Position numbers and translations under genes: made by a program. Positions 1-10,473 of a DNA stretch of 21,158 nt are shown here, one piece after another. The stretch's first letter is position 1; every line of letters starts with the position of its first letter. The notes under the pieces are model-generated. The model had not been told where the DNA came from, did not search any database, and worked only from the letters and a program-made list of their open reading frames with translations. The DNA is taken from positions 196,187,380 to 196,208,537 of the forward strand of contig JANKJI020000002.1 in NCBI GenBank assembly GCA_024626585.2, read 5' to 3'. The DNA comes from Ginkgo biloba (lineage: Eukaryota; Plantae; Ginkgophyta).

Positions 1-534
1 GATTTTTTAGCAAACAATTTTTGTCATTATTTATTTCATGATAACTATAAGTGACAAGTGGCAATGATAAAATAAAAAGGGACAATATTAACATTACATT
101 AAAACGTCATTTTTCAAAATTAAAAATGAAGGCGATTAACCACGTGGCAAGATTTTTAGCGTTCAAAGAAATACATTGACAATGCCATATAAAATCTTTT
201 ATATTTTCATTTATTTAACAATGATTTGGTATATTTCTTTGTACAAATGTCCCTAATTTTATGTTTATGTAATTGTATAAGTTCTATTCCAAATGAGACA
301 TTAGAATTTAGGCAAAGACTTGCCGCTTTGTGGCTATTGCCCTTTTTATTAGTAAAAGTAGTAATAGTCATAATAATAAATGAATAAGAATAACTATCAT
401 AGCCATAATAATCTTAATTGTTATGCTATAAAGGGTATATCACATTTTGTGAAAGGGTATGACTGTCAGTATAAATGTGCTTCACAAACACCATTGTTCC
501 TTCATTTTATATCATATATATATTCTCTTCTTTG

Positions 535-960
535 GCAGTAGGGTGTTTTGGAGATTTGCCTTCTCAAACAGGCCTAGAGATTAGCCTTCCAAAAAAGGCT
601 GACCACATGATTAGAGCTGCAATAATATCAACCTATTCATCTATGTACATGAAGGAGTCTGCCCTTCACTAGACTGTGAATCAATTAGGTTCATAGCTTA
701 AATCCTTTTTCCCTAGTGTCAAGGCCACTTTTACAGGTGTTGATTTCTTATGACATCAAAACATTGTATGCATTTTTTTTGCATTCAACATTTAACCCTC
801 AACAAATTTCCACTCTAATCAATCTTACTATGTTTGAATACATGCAAGATATGAGGAAATTTGCAGATGCCTGGACATATTTCACCTCAACTGCCTTTGA
901 TCTATCATATATCAGAAGATGAACATGCAAGGAGATGATATGCGCCAACAAGTAAATCAT
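535..960 (+). pseudogene. Highly degenerate non-LTR (LINE) RNase H-like remnant in the upstream intron
   Basis: Across frames: VGCFGDLPSQ (cf. GFFDGASQ), LLQVLISYDIKTLYAF (cf. LL..A....I..L.IFGDS) and EEICRCLDIFHLNCL*SIIYQKMNMQGDDM (cf. I...L..F....F.HIYRE.N..AD.L), in the expected order. Confidence 0.45.
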
Positions 961-1615
961 AATTTGGAAACTTGCACTCCATGAGGTACCAAAAATAAAT
1001 GGGGAAAGATGGGAAAGATCATAGATGTCCAAAAACATCCAAATATTGCAAGAGCCATGAACCAAGTAACACATTATTTTGAATGAGCTTCTCTCATTGG
1101 GTCGTAGAACATACATGATAGCAGAGTAGAGCAAGAGAAATTCCTGGGCCAAGTGGGAGGCACACTCAATTGAAATGACTCTTCTGTGTACCAACACAAT
1201 GAGGATGATTATTGCCAATTCAATTAAGTAGGGAAGAAAAATAGTGGACCAAAATCAATAGCAGATCAACCTCTCCTATGATGTGGACAAGCCCCTTGTC
1301 TTTTTGGATTAATGGATTAATTGATGTAATAGTGCAAGTAACATAGAATGCAATTGCTAGTGCGATGTAATAAAGCATTTAATGTATGCTTCTTGTTGCA
1401 GTCTCCTCAGAAGAGGAGACTTTCTAAATTTATTTCTTGTGAACAAATTCGTGTATTTTCAATGTACTATTTTGGTTAAAATGCATATAAATCTTTTTAA
1501 CCTTTTAAATCAAAATTTGTTTGTTTATCCATCATCATTGCAATTTTGTTAGGATGCACTGGAAAATCTCATTTGATGGTTTGGTTCACTCACACTCTCC
1601 TTCTCTCTCTTGCAG

Positions 1616-1988
1616 AATTACAATGCATTGAATTATGATGAGAAGGTGGTGGACGGGTTCTATGACTTGTATGGTGTTGTCTCTGACTCTACATCAGAGA
1701 AGATGCCATCTCTGGTAGACCTGCAAGGAACACCGGTCTCAAACAGTATTAGTTGGGAAGCTGTTTTGGTCAATAGAACAACAGATTCAGACCTGGTAAA
1801 GCTTGAGCAGAAGGCATTATCTTTGGCTATTGAGTCAAGAGTAGGTTTGCAAGGTCTACTAAGAAGTGGCCTGGTCCAGAAAATTGCAAATCTGGTTGCT
1901 GATTACATGGGAGGACCAGTTGGGGACCCTGATCAAATGCTGAAATGTTGGAGAACAACAAGCAAAGGCCTGAGAGATACTCTTGACA
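1616..1988 (+). CDS. SIS8: Internal coding exon of a B3 Raf-like MAP3K (EDR1/CTR1 family, SIS8/RAF4-5-like), EDR1 N-terminal domain; 3' end hidden in the N gap 1989-2143
   Basis: Pyrimidine tract plus TGCAG acceptor at 1611-1615, then NYNALNYDEKVVDGFYDLYG...MPSLVDLQGTPVSNSISWEAVLVNRTTDSDLVKLEQKAL...LVQKIANLVADYMGGPVGDPDQML, matching EDR1-domain motifs. The expected LPLGSLxxGLARHRALLFK and the donor site (roughly 2050) fall in the gap. Confidence 0.93.
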
Positions 1989-3178
1989 NNNNNNNNNNNN
2001 NNNNNNNNNNNNNNNNNNNNNNNNNNNNNNNNNNNNNNNNNNNNNNNNNNNNNNNNNNNNNNNNNNNNNNNNNNNNNNNNNNNNNNNNNNNNNNNNNNNN
2101 NNNNNNNNNNNNNNNNNNNNNNNNNNNNNNNNNNNNNNNNNNNGGCGAATGTAGTTGAAACTTACAACACTTATTATAGTGTGGATATCGAGAGATAATC
2201 AATGGGCAATGACCCATGCATGATATTCTTGGAGGTGAGATATTTCTACCAGAGGAAGAATCTAAGGGTAAATTTTATTTATAAGAGAGAAACATGTCTA
2301 CAGTATACCTAAGTGAAAAAGGAAGATTTCTAAAATGATCCTGCAATCTACAGGATGAACTCATAGAATCGATATAAAAGTTTGTTCTGTGAGGTGAGGT
2401 ATTAACTTAAGGTTTGAAAAATTTAAAAGTAGAGGCATACATCATGAGATCCCCTCCCTTAAAGTGATCAGGCATAGGCTATGATTTTGATACTGCAGAG
2501 GATGAAGGGACATTAGTTGACCCATCTTTAGAGATGGGGTAAGATTGTAGCATGAGAACTTGATGGACATCTAAAGATGACAAATTCTCATTTGATTGGT
2601 GATTTGGGTCAATCAGTTGTGGTCATCGATTGACTAGCAGGGNNNNNNNNNNNNNAGATTATTGGAGCTAACTGACGGAGAGGCACCTGCATGAATGTTT
2701 GTAGGTGGAGGAGTTGTGGAATTAAATAGGTTTAAACCCCATTGTACAAATGAAAATGGTGCAAAATATACTCTAGGAAACTGGGTAGGATGGTGGTAGA
2801 AAAGGATGCCACTCCTAGTTGAATTTGACATTTAATCTTCGTATCCAGTACACCAACCCTCTTTTAACAAGTGGCAAACATTATCTCAATGATTGGCAGT
2901 AAATTGCAGAGAGTTTTATCCTTGATCCGAAATATCCCTTGTGTTCGTTACTCTTGAGGTTTGCAGTTTTTCATTCCCTTGACTGCCCAGTCAGGAATTT
3001 CATCTTTACTTTTGGAAATTGAGGCCCGTCATTTTCCCTTAGGAAGGAATATATTATATGCAAACTATGTATTATCTTTAACATTAGAAGCTTCCCTAGT
3101 ACTATCTGTAGAACCTGCATCAAGTCTCCACTCAAGGGAAGATTGGTGCAACAAAACATCCTATTCTATGATGTGATC

Positions 3179-4231
3179 TGTTACAGCCCCAGTTAATCCC
3201 AGTCAAAGCTGGTCAAACTTGGTCAAGAGTCAAAGTTGATCAAAGGGTCTGGAAAACCTTATGCTAAGCTTAAGGAACCTTTAGTCACTAAGAAGAGGCC
3301 TTATAAGAGTTGACGGCCCTTTTCTGCTAAANNNNNNNNNNNNNNNNNNNNNNNNNNNNNNNNNNNNNNNNNNNNNNNNNNNNNNNNNNNNNNNNNNNNN
3401 NNNNNNNNNNNNNAAATGGCTTAAAAATGTAAAACAACCTACCTTAAACCCTAGCAACCACTTTCTAAGGGACAGTTGACTTTATGCAAAGATTTTGAAT
3501 AGTTGTGAGCCTACATTGCTAGCCGACCTTAGGTACAGCCGCGTCCCTCCATAAAGTATAAAAATGGGTCATGACATGTCATATAGGCATCATCTCTCAT
3601 CAATTTCAGCGCCCTTCTACTTCTGATTTTAGTGACTTATATTTGCTGGCCGAATTATGCTGCTGCTGTTCTAGCATCTTTTGGAGGTCAAACTTATTGA
3701 CCAAAGTCTGCTACTGCTGCTCTAACTTTTAGAGGCCATGCTTGCTGGTCGAAGTCTGCTGCTGCTGATTTAGCATCGTTTTGGAGCCCATACTTGCTGG
3801 TTGAAGTCTGTCGCTGCTGATTTAACATCATTTAGAGGCCATACTTGTTGGCCGAAGTCTGCTGCTGCTGATTTAACATCATTAGAGGCCATACATGCTG
3901 GCCAAAGTCTGCTGCTGATTTAGCGTCTTTTAGAGGCCATACTTGTTGGCTGAAGTCTGCTACTGTTGTTTTAGCCACTTTTATAGGTCCTACTTGCTGG
4001 CCAAAACTCTATTTATGCTCCCTATGACAGACTTAATCTCCCTGAAGGCTTGCTGCCCTCTCTTTCTGCCAAAAAATCAGTCAAGCTTGCCGAATTGATT
4101 AAGACAGGGGACTGCGTCAAGTTATGCGCTGGAGCTGAGGAGAAGCTGTGGAAGGGGTATTGAAGACTGATTACACTCTTCTAGGGGCAGAAACTAGGTT
4201 TTTAACACCCTACAGAGATCAGATTGTTACA
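3179..4231 (+). mobile_element. Solo LTR (family A) of an LTR retrotransposon with 5-bp target-site duplication TGATC
   Basis: Starts TGTTACA and ends TGTTACA (TG...CA). TGATC flanks both sides (3174-3178 and 4232-4236). Internal AAACCCTA (3446-3453) and TATAAAA (3557-3563). A full-length inverted homologue is at 9169-10240. Confidence 0.9.
3639..4010 (+). repeat. Tandem array of about 7.4 x ~51 bp inside LTR A
   Basis: Unit is approximately ATACTTGCTGGCCGAAGTCTGCTGCTGCTGATTTAGCATCTTTTAGAGGCC, with starts near 3639, 3690, 3738, 3790, 3841, 3891, 3939 and a partial copy at 3991. Confidence 0.9.
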
Positions 4232-4236
4232 TGATC

Positions 4237-7147
4237 TGCCAGGATTATGAAAGTATTGGGCTTATGAAATCTTTAAGAAGCTTACTAATTGGGTGTCCAA
4301 CCCTCTTGCACCTTCAATTGTTAGTTCTGATCCTAATCACAACTGTTGTGGTCCAAAAACAACTTGTTCTATTCTGACTATACAAGGCAAACTACTTTCT
4401 GCTCTAGCTTTTGGAGGGGCAAACTGCTTTTTGGCCTAGTTTCTGTAAGGTAAACTTTAGGAACTGCTTCTAGTAGTATGGGAAATCACTATTTTTGACC
4501 TCCCAATGCCACCCANNNNNNNNNNNNNNNNNNNNNNNNNNNNNNNNNNNNNNNNNNNNNNNNNNNNNNNNNNNNNNNNNNNNNNNNNNNNNNNNNNNNN
4601 NNNNNNNNNNNCAAAATCTCAAGTTGTAGCTGATATAGATTTTTTTAAACACAAGGTGAACTGTAGGCAATAACTTCTAGTACAAGGTGATCTTTCAAGT
4701 TAAGATTTGAACTGTTTCGGGCTCCAAACCCTCAATTGTTAAAACTTTTTGAAACCGACTCTGCAAAGCAAATTTGATTATGCCATGGTAAAGTTGAAAA
4801 TGTGCTTCTGTCCAAGTAAAAGGTCAGAGACTGATCCCCCAACTATTGATGAATGTTGGAAGAGGGTTTTGCTACTTGGGTGACTTCACTTTTCATAGGA
4901 TGAACTTCTTTGTTAGTCAAGTAATTAGTTACTCCACATTACAAGTTTGTGGGTAGCATCGAGACGAGAAAGAGAAGAGGCATAATCAACAATAACAATA
5001 CACAAAATAGTAATATATTGCAGAATATCATCAAGTACATCAATGACCATCGTAGTATATAGCCTAGGCTTGCCCATAATGGCATTACATCAAAATGAAA
5101 TAGGGGTTGTGATATAGGGAGAAGGTATTGCCTCATGAACCAAAATATTAGTAGTTACATCTGTTAGCAACTACCCAACTATCAATTAATCTGGAATTAG
5201 GACAAGTCCTAACAACCATGTGTAAGGCAAACCGTATACATTATTAGATCAAAATCACCAACAAACATCTTTCCCCTACCAATGAAAAGAAGTGAGTGTT
5301 CATTACGATTCTAAGTAAAACTGGTACTAGAAGCCACAACTAATGTTGTAGTAATTGTCACATCATTGGATACTATAGATGGTCCACCAAGAATCGTGCA
5401 CACCTAACCACTCCCTTNNNNNNNNNNNNNNNNNNNNNNNNNNNNNNNNNNNNNNNNNNNNNNNNNNNNNNNNNNNNNNNNNNNNNNNNNNNNNNNNNNN
5501 NNNNNNNNNNNNNNNNNGTCGCTAGGATCTCGGCAACTGTTGAAGTCGAGGCCAAAACTAGCACTGGAGCTGGAATTGTAGTTGTAGCTGGTTCTGAAGT
5601 GTTTGTGATTGATGATACTATTGAAACTAGAGTGTCCAATACAGTAAGCAGGAATAGAGCTTCACGCTGTAGAGGAAGACTTCGGAATCTTAGGTATAGC
5701 TATAATCATGGAATACAAGGTCTAGGCAATGTTCAAGACCTGAATCATAGGAGTCCCATAACTGCTAATAGTCTTAGGGGGCGAAGAGATTAGAATAGTA
5801 ATCTCCCATATACTGCTAGATGTATGTTTCTTTGAACTAATTGATTGAAAGAGGGTTGTCTTGGGGACACAAAATGCTTGGACAGGGGTTGCACAAGTGC
5901 ATATTGTAGAATTAGGAAAGGGAAGCAGTCCTTAAGGAGTTGGCTATCTTGTAAGGAGTGTATGAGCGTAGGGGATCCATTGAAGATTTTTTATTATATT
6001 GGGTCTTTCTCTTCCTATCCCATATCTCTCTCTTAATTAATTAGCATTGGGTTACTCAAGTTTTTAGCTAAAGAGAGTGCTACTGCAATGGAAGGGGTGA
6101 TAGATTATTCATTTAGCTGGTTTGTGAAGGGAAGGCTTACAGTTGGTTGAATCCGTTTTACCTCAAGTTGTTTTTTCAGAGTCCTACTCCTCTTTAGTAT
6201 TGTCATTGCCAACTGAAGGATCCAAACTCACTCTACTCATTTTGTTTTCAACTTTTCTTCCACTGACGCTGCTCCATGGTCCATTGTGATCTTCCATACC
6301 CCATGTTTGCCTCGGCCTACTCTTGTTGATGTTGCGGTCAAATCTAGACTTCGCCAATCTTTGCTTTCAACTGCTTGACCTTCTTCTGTTCCTCTTGTGC
6401 TGTGAGTATAATTCATCCATATTGCCTCCTAATCAAGCAGTCATGTCGACAGTGTATTGCACTTTTGAATCTGGGGCTCGAATCTTCCTCACTGTGCAAT
6501 GGTTACCTCCCTTCTCCTTCCAAGTTTCCCAACTCTCTAGAGTTTTGCAGGATCATATTGAGCGGTGTGAACTTACTTCAGTTCCTTCTGTAAGAATTGC
6601 AATAGAGTTTTCCACCGGTCGCTCACCCACACTAATCATGGGGAATGTCCTGTTGCTTCCTGACATTTCGTAACAATTTTCAATAGGGCTTCATCTAAAG
6701 CCTTAGCCACCCTTTTGTTGAGTGTGGAGGGCTTTATTCTAGCTCTTCCAGAGGTGTCCTGCCTAGATCTCCCATTTCCCCTCCATTGGAGTTGGAGAAG
6801 GGGGATTCAACTACATGTTTACCTCCTCCTCTTATATATCTGGTAGTAAGGCATCTAGTTTCTTTTGAGCTTCTAACACGTCTCCTAAAAATAATGTCTG
6901 CCCTAAGTTACCAAGATCTGCCTAGGGGGATCTCAATTTTGTATCTTGTACAGCCTGGGATTGGGTATGACTCAGATTTGTTTTCTTATTGTATCCTAAT
7001 TGTACCCAATTCGGGTACAGCTACAGGATGTTTCTTAGCTGCCTTTAGATGGAAACATGGTGTTTCTGCCTTTTCTTTTTTTTTTCTTCCAAAAAACTCA
7101 AAAGAGAAAGAAAAAGAAAAGGGTACCATGAACCAACAAAAACCCTA
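4237..7147 (-). mobile_element. Old degenerate TE coding remnant, possibly LINE ORF1; probably continues to about 2144 on the other side of the solo LTR
   Basis: Stop-riddled - strand reading with weak ORF1-like pieces (CPNSRLIDSWVV; FTWTEAHFSTLPWH; a decayed knuckle-like KFTLQKLGQKAVCP) and a T/A/P-rich stretch (ORF 5373..5639). CTAGGGTTTT lies at the putative 5' end near 7147. Family assignment is uncertain. Confidence 0.3.
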
Positions 7148-7458
7148 GCATACTTTTTCAAGCATAAATACACACTTTTGCCTATTGAAAACCCATCTTA
7201 AGTGAGTTTTTCATTATTGGGTTTCTCTTGGACTTTTTGTGTGCAGATTTTCAATTGTGCCAGCATTTATCGGTGATGCTTCAACTAGCTTTTGGTGTGG
7301 GTAGCAGAAAATAAGTGTGGGTAGCTAAGTAGAAGTTAGGGCAACAAGGACAAATTCTTTTTGAGCTGTTTTTTTGTGGGCACCAAGCTTCTTCTTCAAT
7401 CTTACTTATTTTCGGATTCTTCTTTCTTTCTCCCTCATTCTCTTCTTTCTCGCAAGTA

Positions 7459-8488
7459 ATGGCAACCTTAGAATCATTTGTTGGAGTTGACTAGAGAGAA
7501 GGAAACAGAAAAGACAAAGGTGATGGTGATGATGGAAAGGGTTCACTATGGAAGTATGTCACTATTTTGCAAGGACAAAAGGAGGAGATTGTAAGAGTTG
7601 GCAATTCAGTGAGTGTGGAAAGCATATAGTGTTTCCTCCTCTAGGGTGAAAGCCCATCTTTTACACATCACCAAAATCGGTGTGAAGATATGTTCCAAGN
7701 NNNNNNNNNNNNNNNNNAAGGATTCATGAGAGAGCAAAAAGTTGCTGAAAAGGCTACCTTGAAAACATCCATCAACACCTTCCAAAAGGCTCAAGCTTTG
7801 CATCTTCACCTCTTCCAAATAGTATTAAAGCAAGTTGTGAGAGGACCAAGGAATTGAGGTAGTTGGAGAAGTTGATGGACAGAGATGGTAGAGATGAATT
7901 TGATGGTTATAAGATGCATCTATGCATGTGGCATATCATTTGATGTGGTTTGCTCACCTTACTAGCAAGATATGGTGAGGGCCATGAATGAGAGACAAAA
8001 GGTTTACAAGAGTCCCTCTTTTGAAAAGGTGCGCACAACATTGCTTGCAAAAGAAAGGTCTCTCGTGGAGTGGGTTATGGAACCAATCAAGGCTTCCTTG
8101 CAAACAACAGGTGTGTCTATTGTTTCAGATGGATGGATTGATACAAGGAATAAGCCATTAATCATTGTGATTGTAGTTTCACCTAATGGATCCATGTTTT
8201 TGAATGTTGTTGATTGCAACGGAGAGTTCAAAGATGCACCTTCCATTGGCAACATTCTTNNNNNNNNNNNNNNNNNNNTTGGGCCTTCGAATGTTGCGTA
8301 AGTCATCACTAACAATGCAAGGGTTTGTAAAGTAGTTGAGTTGGAATTTGATTTTGAAGAATATTGGCAATATTTCATGGATAAAAAAAATCAATGACAA
8401 GGCCGAGGAGATTGAGATGTCCATTGCCAATCATCACATAGCCCAAGCCATCTATTGACAATTCATATGTTTGGAGTTGTTGAAGGTT
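7459..8488 (+). pseudogene. hAT DNA transposase pseudogene (BED zinc finger + DUF659)
   Basis: Degenerate BED finger LWKYV...SWQFSECGK...SRVKAHLLHI...GVKICSK, then YACGISFDVVCSPY*QDMV...YKSPSFEKVRTTLL...GVSIVSDGWIDTRNKPLI...GSMFLNVVDCNGEFKD...GPSNVA*VITNNA and ...NHH...LELLKV. Stops, frameshifts and loss of the D in ITDNA. Confidence 0.88.
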
Positions 8489-8612
8489 GGTGCTTCTTTA
8501 ATTCTTTCTTTANNNNNNNNNNNNNNNNNNNNNNNNNNNNNNNNNNNNNNNNNNNNNNNNNNNNNNNNNNNNNNNNNNNNNNNNNNNNNNNNNNNNNNNN
8601 NNNNNNNNNNNN

Positions 8613-9168
8613 TTCATTTCATCACAAGTTGTGATCTTTGGCCTCATCTCAACATCTATTTATGTAAGAACGCCATTCCAACACTCCTTGGCAAGTCCTA
8701 TCAAATAAAAAATGAGCATTGGAACCTTATGCTCCTCCAAAATTTCACAAGACTCAAAATAGCTCTCAACATATCTCACTTAGCCTCTTAAAGAGGCTCC
8801 GACAATCTTTCCTTCATATTTAGGAATTTGGACATTCTTCATTTGCTTCATAGATTAGAGGAGCTTCCATACCTACTTACTTCTACTATGCTTTGGATCC
8901 CTCTCACCGTAGGATTCATCCTCTTGATCCTGTTGATGTAGCTCCTCTTACGGCTGATCCCATGGAAAATCCTCTTCTTCTAGTTCAGGTTTGGTCTCCT
9001 GAGCAACGAGTTCTTACTCCACGGTGTCCAAAGCCTCTTGCTTCCTTTTACGGGAGTAAGTCTTCAAAGGCTCCTTCTTGCCTTCTTTGAGCTCCTTAAG
9101 TTCATCCCCCATGGAATGAACCTCAACTTGCAACTCCTTAATGCCTCCATCCTAAAAAGATCCCCCCA
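8613..9168 (-). pseudogene. Degenerate Ty3/gypsy gag (Retrotrans_gag-like)
   Basis: The - strand at 8824-8613 translates as PKYEGKIVGASLRG*VRYVESYFESCEILEEHKVPMLIFYLIGLAKECWNGVLT*IDVEMRPKITTCDEM, matching the gag pattern P.F.G...W...E.YF......KV.....L.G.A..WW....ITTW.E. It has in-frame stops and the same orientation as the PBS at 10460-10471. Confidence 0.8.
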
Positions 9169-10240
9169 TGTAACTGTCTGGTCTCTATAGGGTGTTAAAA
9201 CCCTATTTTCTTCCCTTAGAAGAGTGTAATCATTCTTCAGTACCTCTTCCGCAACTTCTCCTCAACTCTAGCACATAACTTGACACAGTCCCCTGTCTTA
9301 ATCAATTTGGCAAGCTTGATTGATTTTCGACAAAAAGAGAGGGCATCAAGCCTTCAAGGAGGTTCAATTTGTAGTAGGTAGCATAAATAGAGTTTCAACC
9401 AGCAAGTAGGACCTCTAAAATTTGCTAAAACAACAGTAGCAAACTTTGGGCAGCGAGTATGGCCTCTAAAAGACGCTAAATCAACAGCAACATACTTTGG
9501 CCAACAAGTATAGCCTCTAAATGACACTAAATCAACAACAACAGACTTTGGCCAGCAAATATAACCTCTAAATAATGCTAGACAACAATAATAGACTTTA
9601 ACCAACAAGTATGGCCTCTACATGATGCTAAATCTTTAGCAATAGACTTCGGCTAACAAGTATGGCCTCTAAAAGTCGTTAGAGCAACAACAGTAGACTT
9701 TGGTCAATAAATTTGATCTCCAAAAGACGCTAGAATAGCAGCAACATAATTCGGTCAACAAGTATAAGTCGCTAGAATAGAAAAATAGAAGGGCATTGGA
9801 ATCAATGAGAGATGATGCCTAAAAGACATGTCATGACCCCCTTTTATACTTTATGAAGGGATGTGGCCATACCTAAGGTTGGCTAGCAATGTAGGCTCAC
9901 GACTATTCAAAAACTTTGCATAAAGTTAATTGTCCCTTAGAAGGTGGTCACTCAGCTTTGACTCTTCTTTAAGCTGTCAATTTGACTTTTGAAGGTACAT
10001 TTCGGCTAGCAGGGCTAGTACTACAAGCGACTCCTTAATTAAGGACATTTTCTAAAGCTTCTTTTAGCAGAAAAGGGCTGACAACTCTTATAAGGCCTCT
10101 TCTTTGTGACTAAAGGTTCCTTAAGCTTATCATAAGGATTTTTAAACCTTTTGACCAACTTTGACTCTTCCTTGAACAACTTTGACTCTTCCTTGAACAA
10201 CTTCGACCAATTTTGACCGGGGTTGATGGGGGTTGTAATA
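9169..10240 (-). mobile_element. Second, inverted and more decayed copy of LTR family A
   Basis: The reverse complement aligns end to end with 3179-4231, e.g. TAAGCTTAAGGAACCTTTAGTCAC, AGAAGAGGCCTTATAAGAGTTG, GACTTAATCAATT/AATTGATTAAGACAGGGGACTG, TTTTAACACCCTA.AGAGA.CAGA..GTTACA. The 5' TG has decayed to TA and there is no clean TSD. Confidence 0.88.
9392..9766 (-). repeat. Same ~51-bp tandem array in the inverted LTR A copy
   Basis: About 7 units of GGCCTCTAAA...CTAAATCAACA.CA.CAGACTTTGGCCA.CAAGTAT on the + strand. This explains the 17-aa periodicity of spurious ORF 9354..9608. Confidence 0.88.
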
Positions 10241-10459
10241 TCTCTCCCGTCCCTCGGAGACCATTCTCCCCAATGACAAAGTTCCACTCCTCTAATAAAC
10301 ATTGTTGAATCTTAGTGGCCTTGCTTAAAGGTTTGTTGCACTAAGTATTCTTGTGAAGCTTTGGGTAGTTTTTCACACTCTTAGCATTCTATAGGTTGCT
10401 TCTAAGTTTTGCAAGATTTTAGACTTCATAGCTTTAGAATCCAAATACCCTCCCCCCAA

Positions 10460-10471
10460 GCTTTGATACCA
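10460..10471 (-). promoter_or_regulatory. Primer-binding site complementary to initiator tRNA-Met
   Basis: The - strand reads TGGTATCAAAGC (canonical TGGTATCAGAGC, one mismatch), 2 nt after the LTR terminal CA. Confidence 0.85.
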
Positions 10472-10473
10472 AA

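Noticed and set aside
140-148. G-box/ABRE CCACGTGGC (another CACGTG at 15775-15780) in an ABA-pathway kinase gene
   Set aside because: Isolated intronic short motifs. The first sits in AT-rich sequence with several TGGCA/TGCCA words, more like a decayed DNA-transposon end. There is no support for function.
799-1218. 139-aa - strand ORF and other hydrophobic ORFs (6323..6673, 6786..7148, 17201..17476, 20253..20483, 20718..20963)
   Set aside because: They are opposite-strand readings of degenerate TE or compositionally skewed sequence, with no motifs or splice support.
3639-4010. 51-bp array as a CRISPR array or a repeat-protein gene
   Set aside because: The units are contiguous with no unique spacers, the context is a eukaryotic LTR, and there are no cas genes. 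The 17-aa periodic ORF at 9354..9608 is a by-product of a unit length divisible by 3.
3179-10240. The inverted pair as terminal inverted repeats of one large DNA transposon (Mutator/foldback) carrying the hAT gene
   Set aside because: Copy 1 has its own TG...CA ends and its own TSD, so the two copies are independent LTR insertions.
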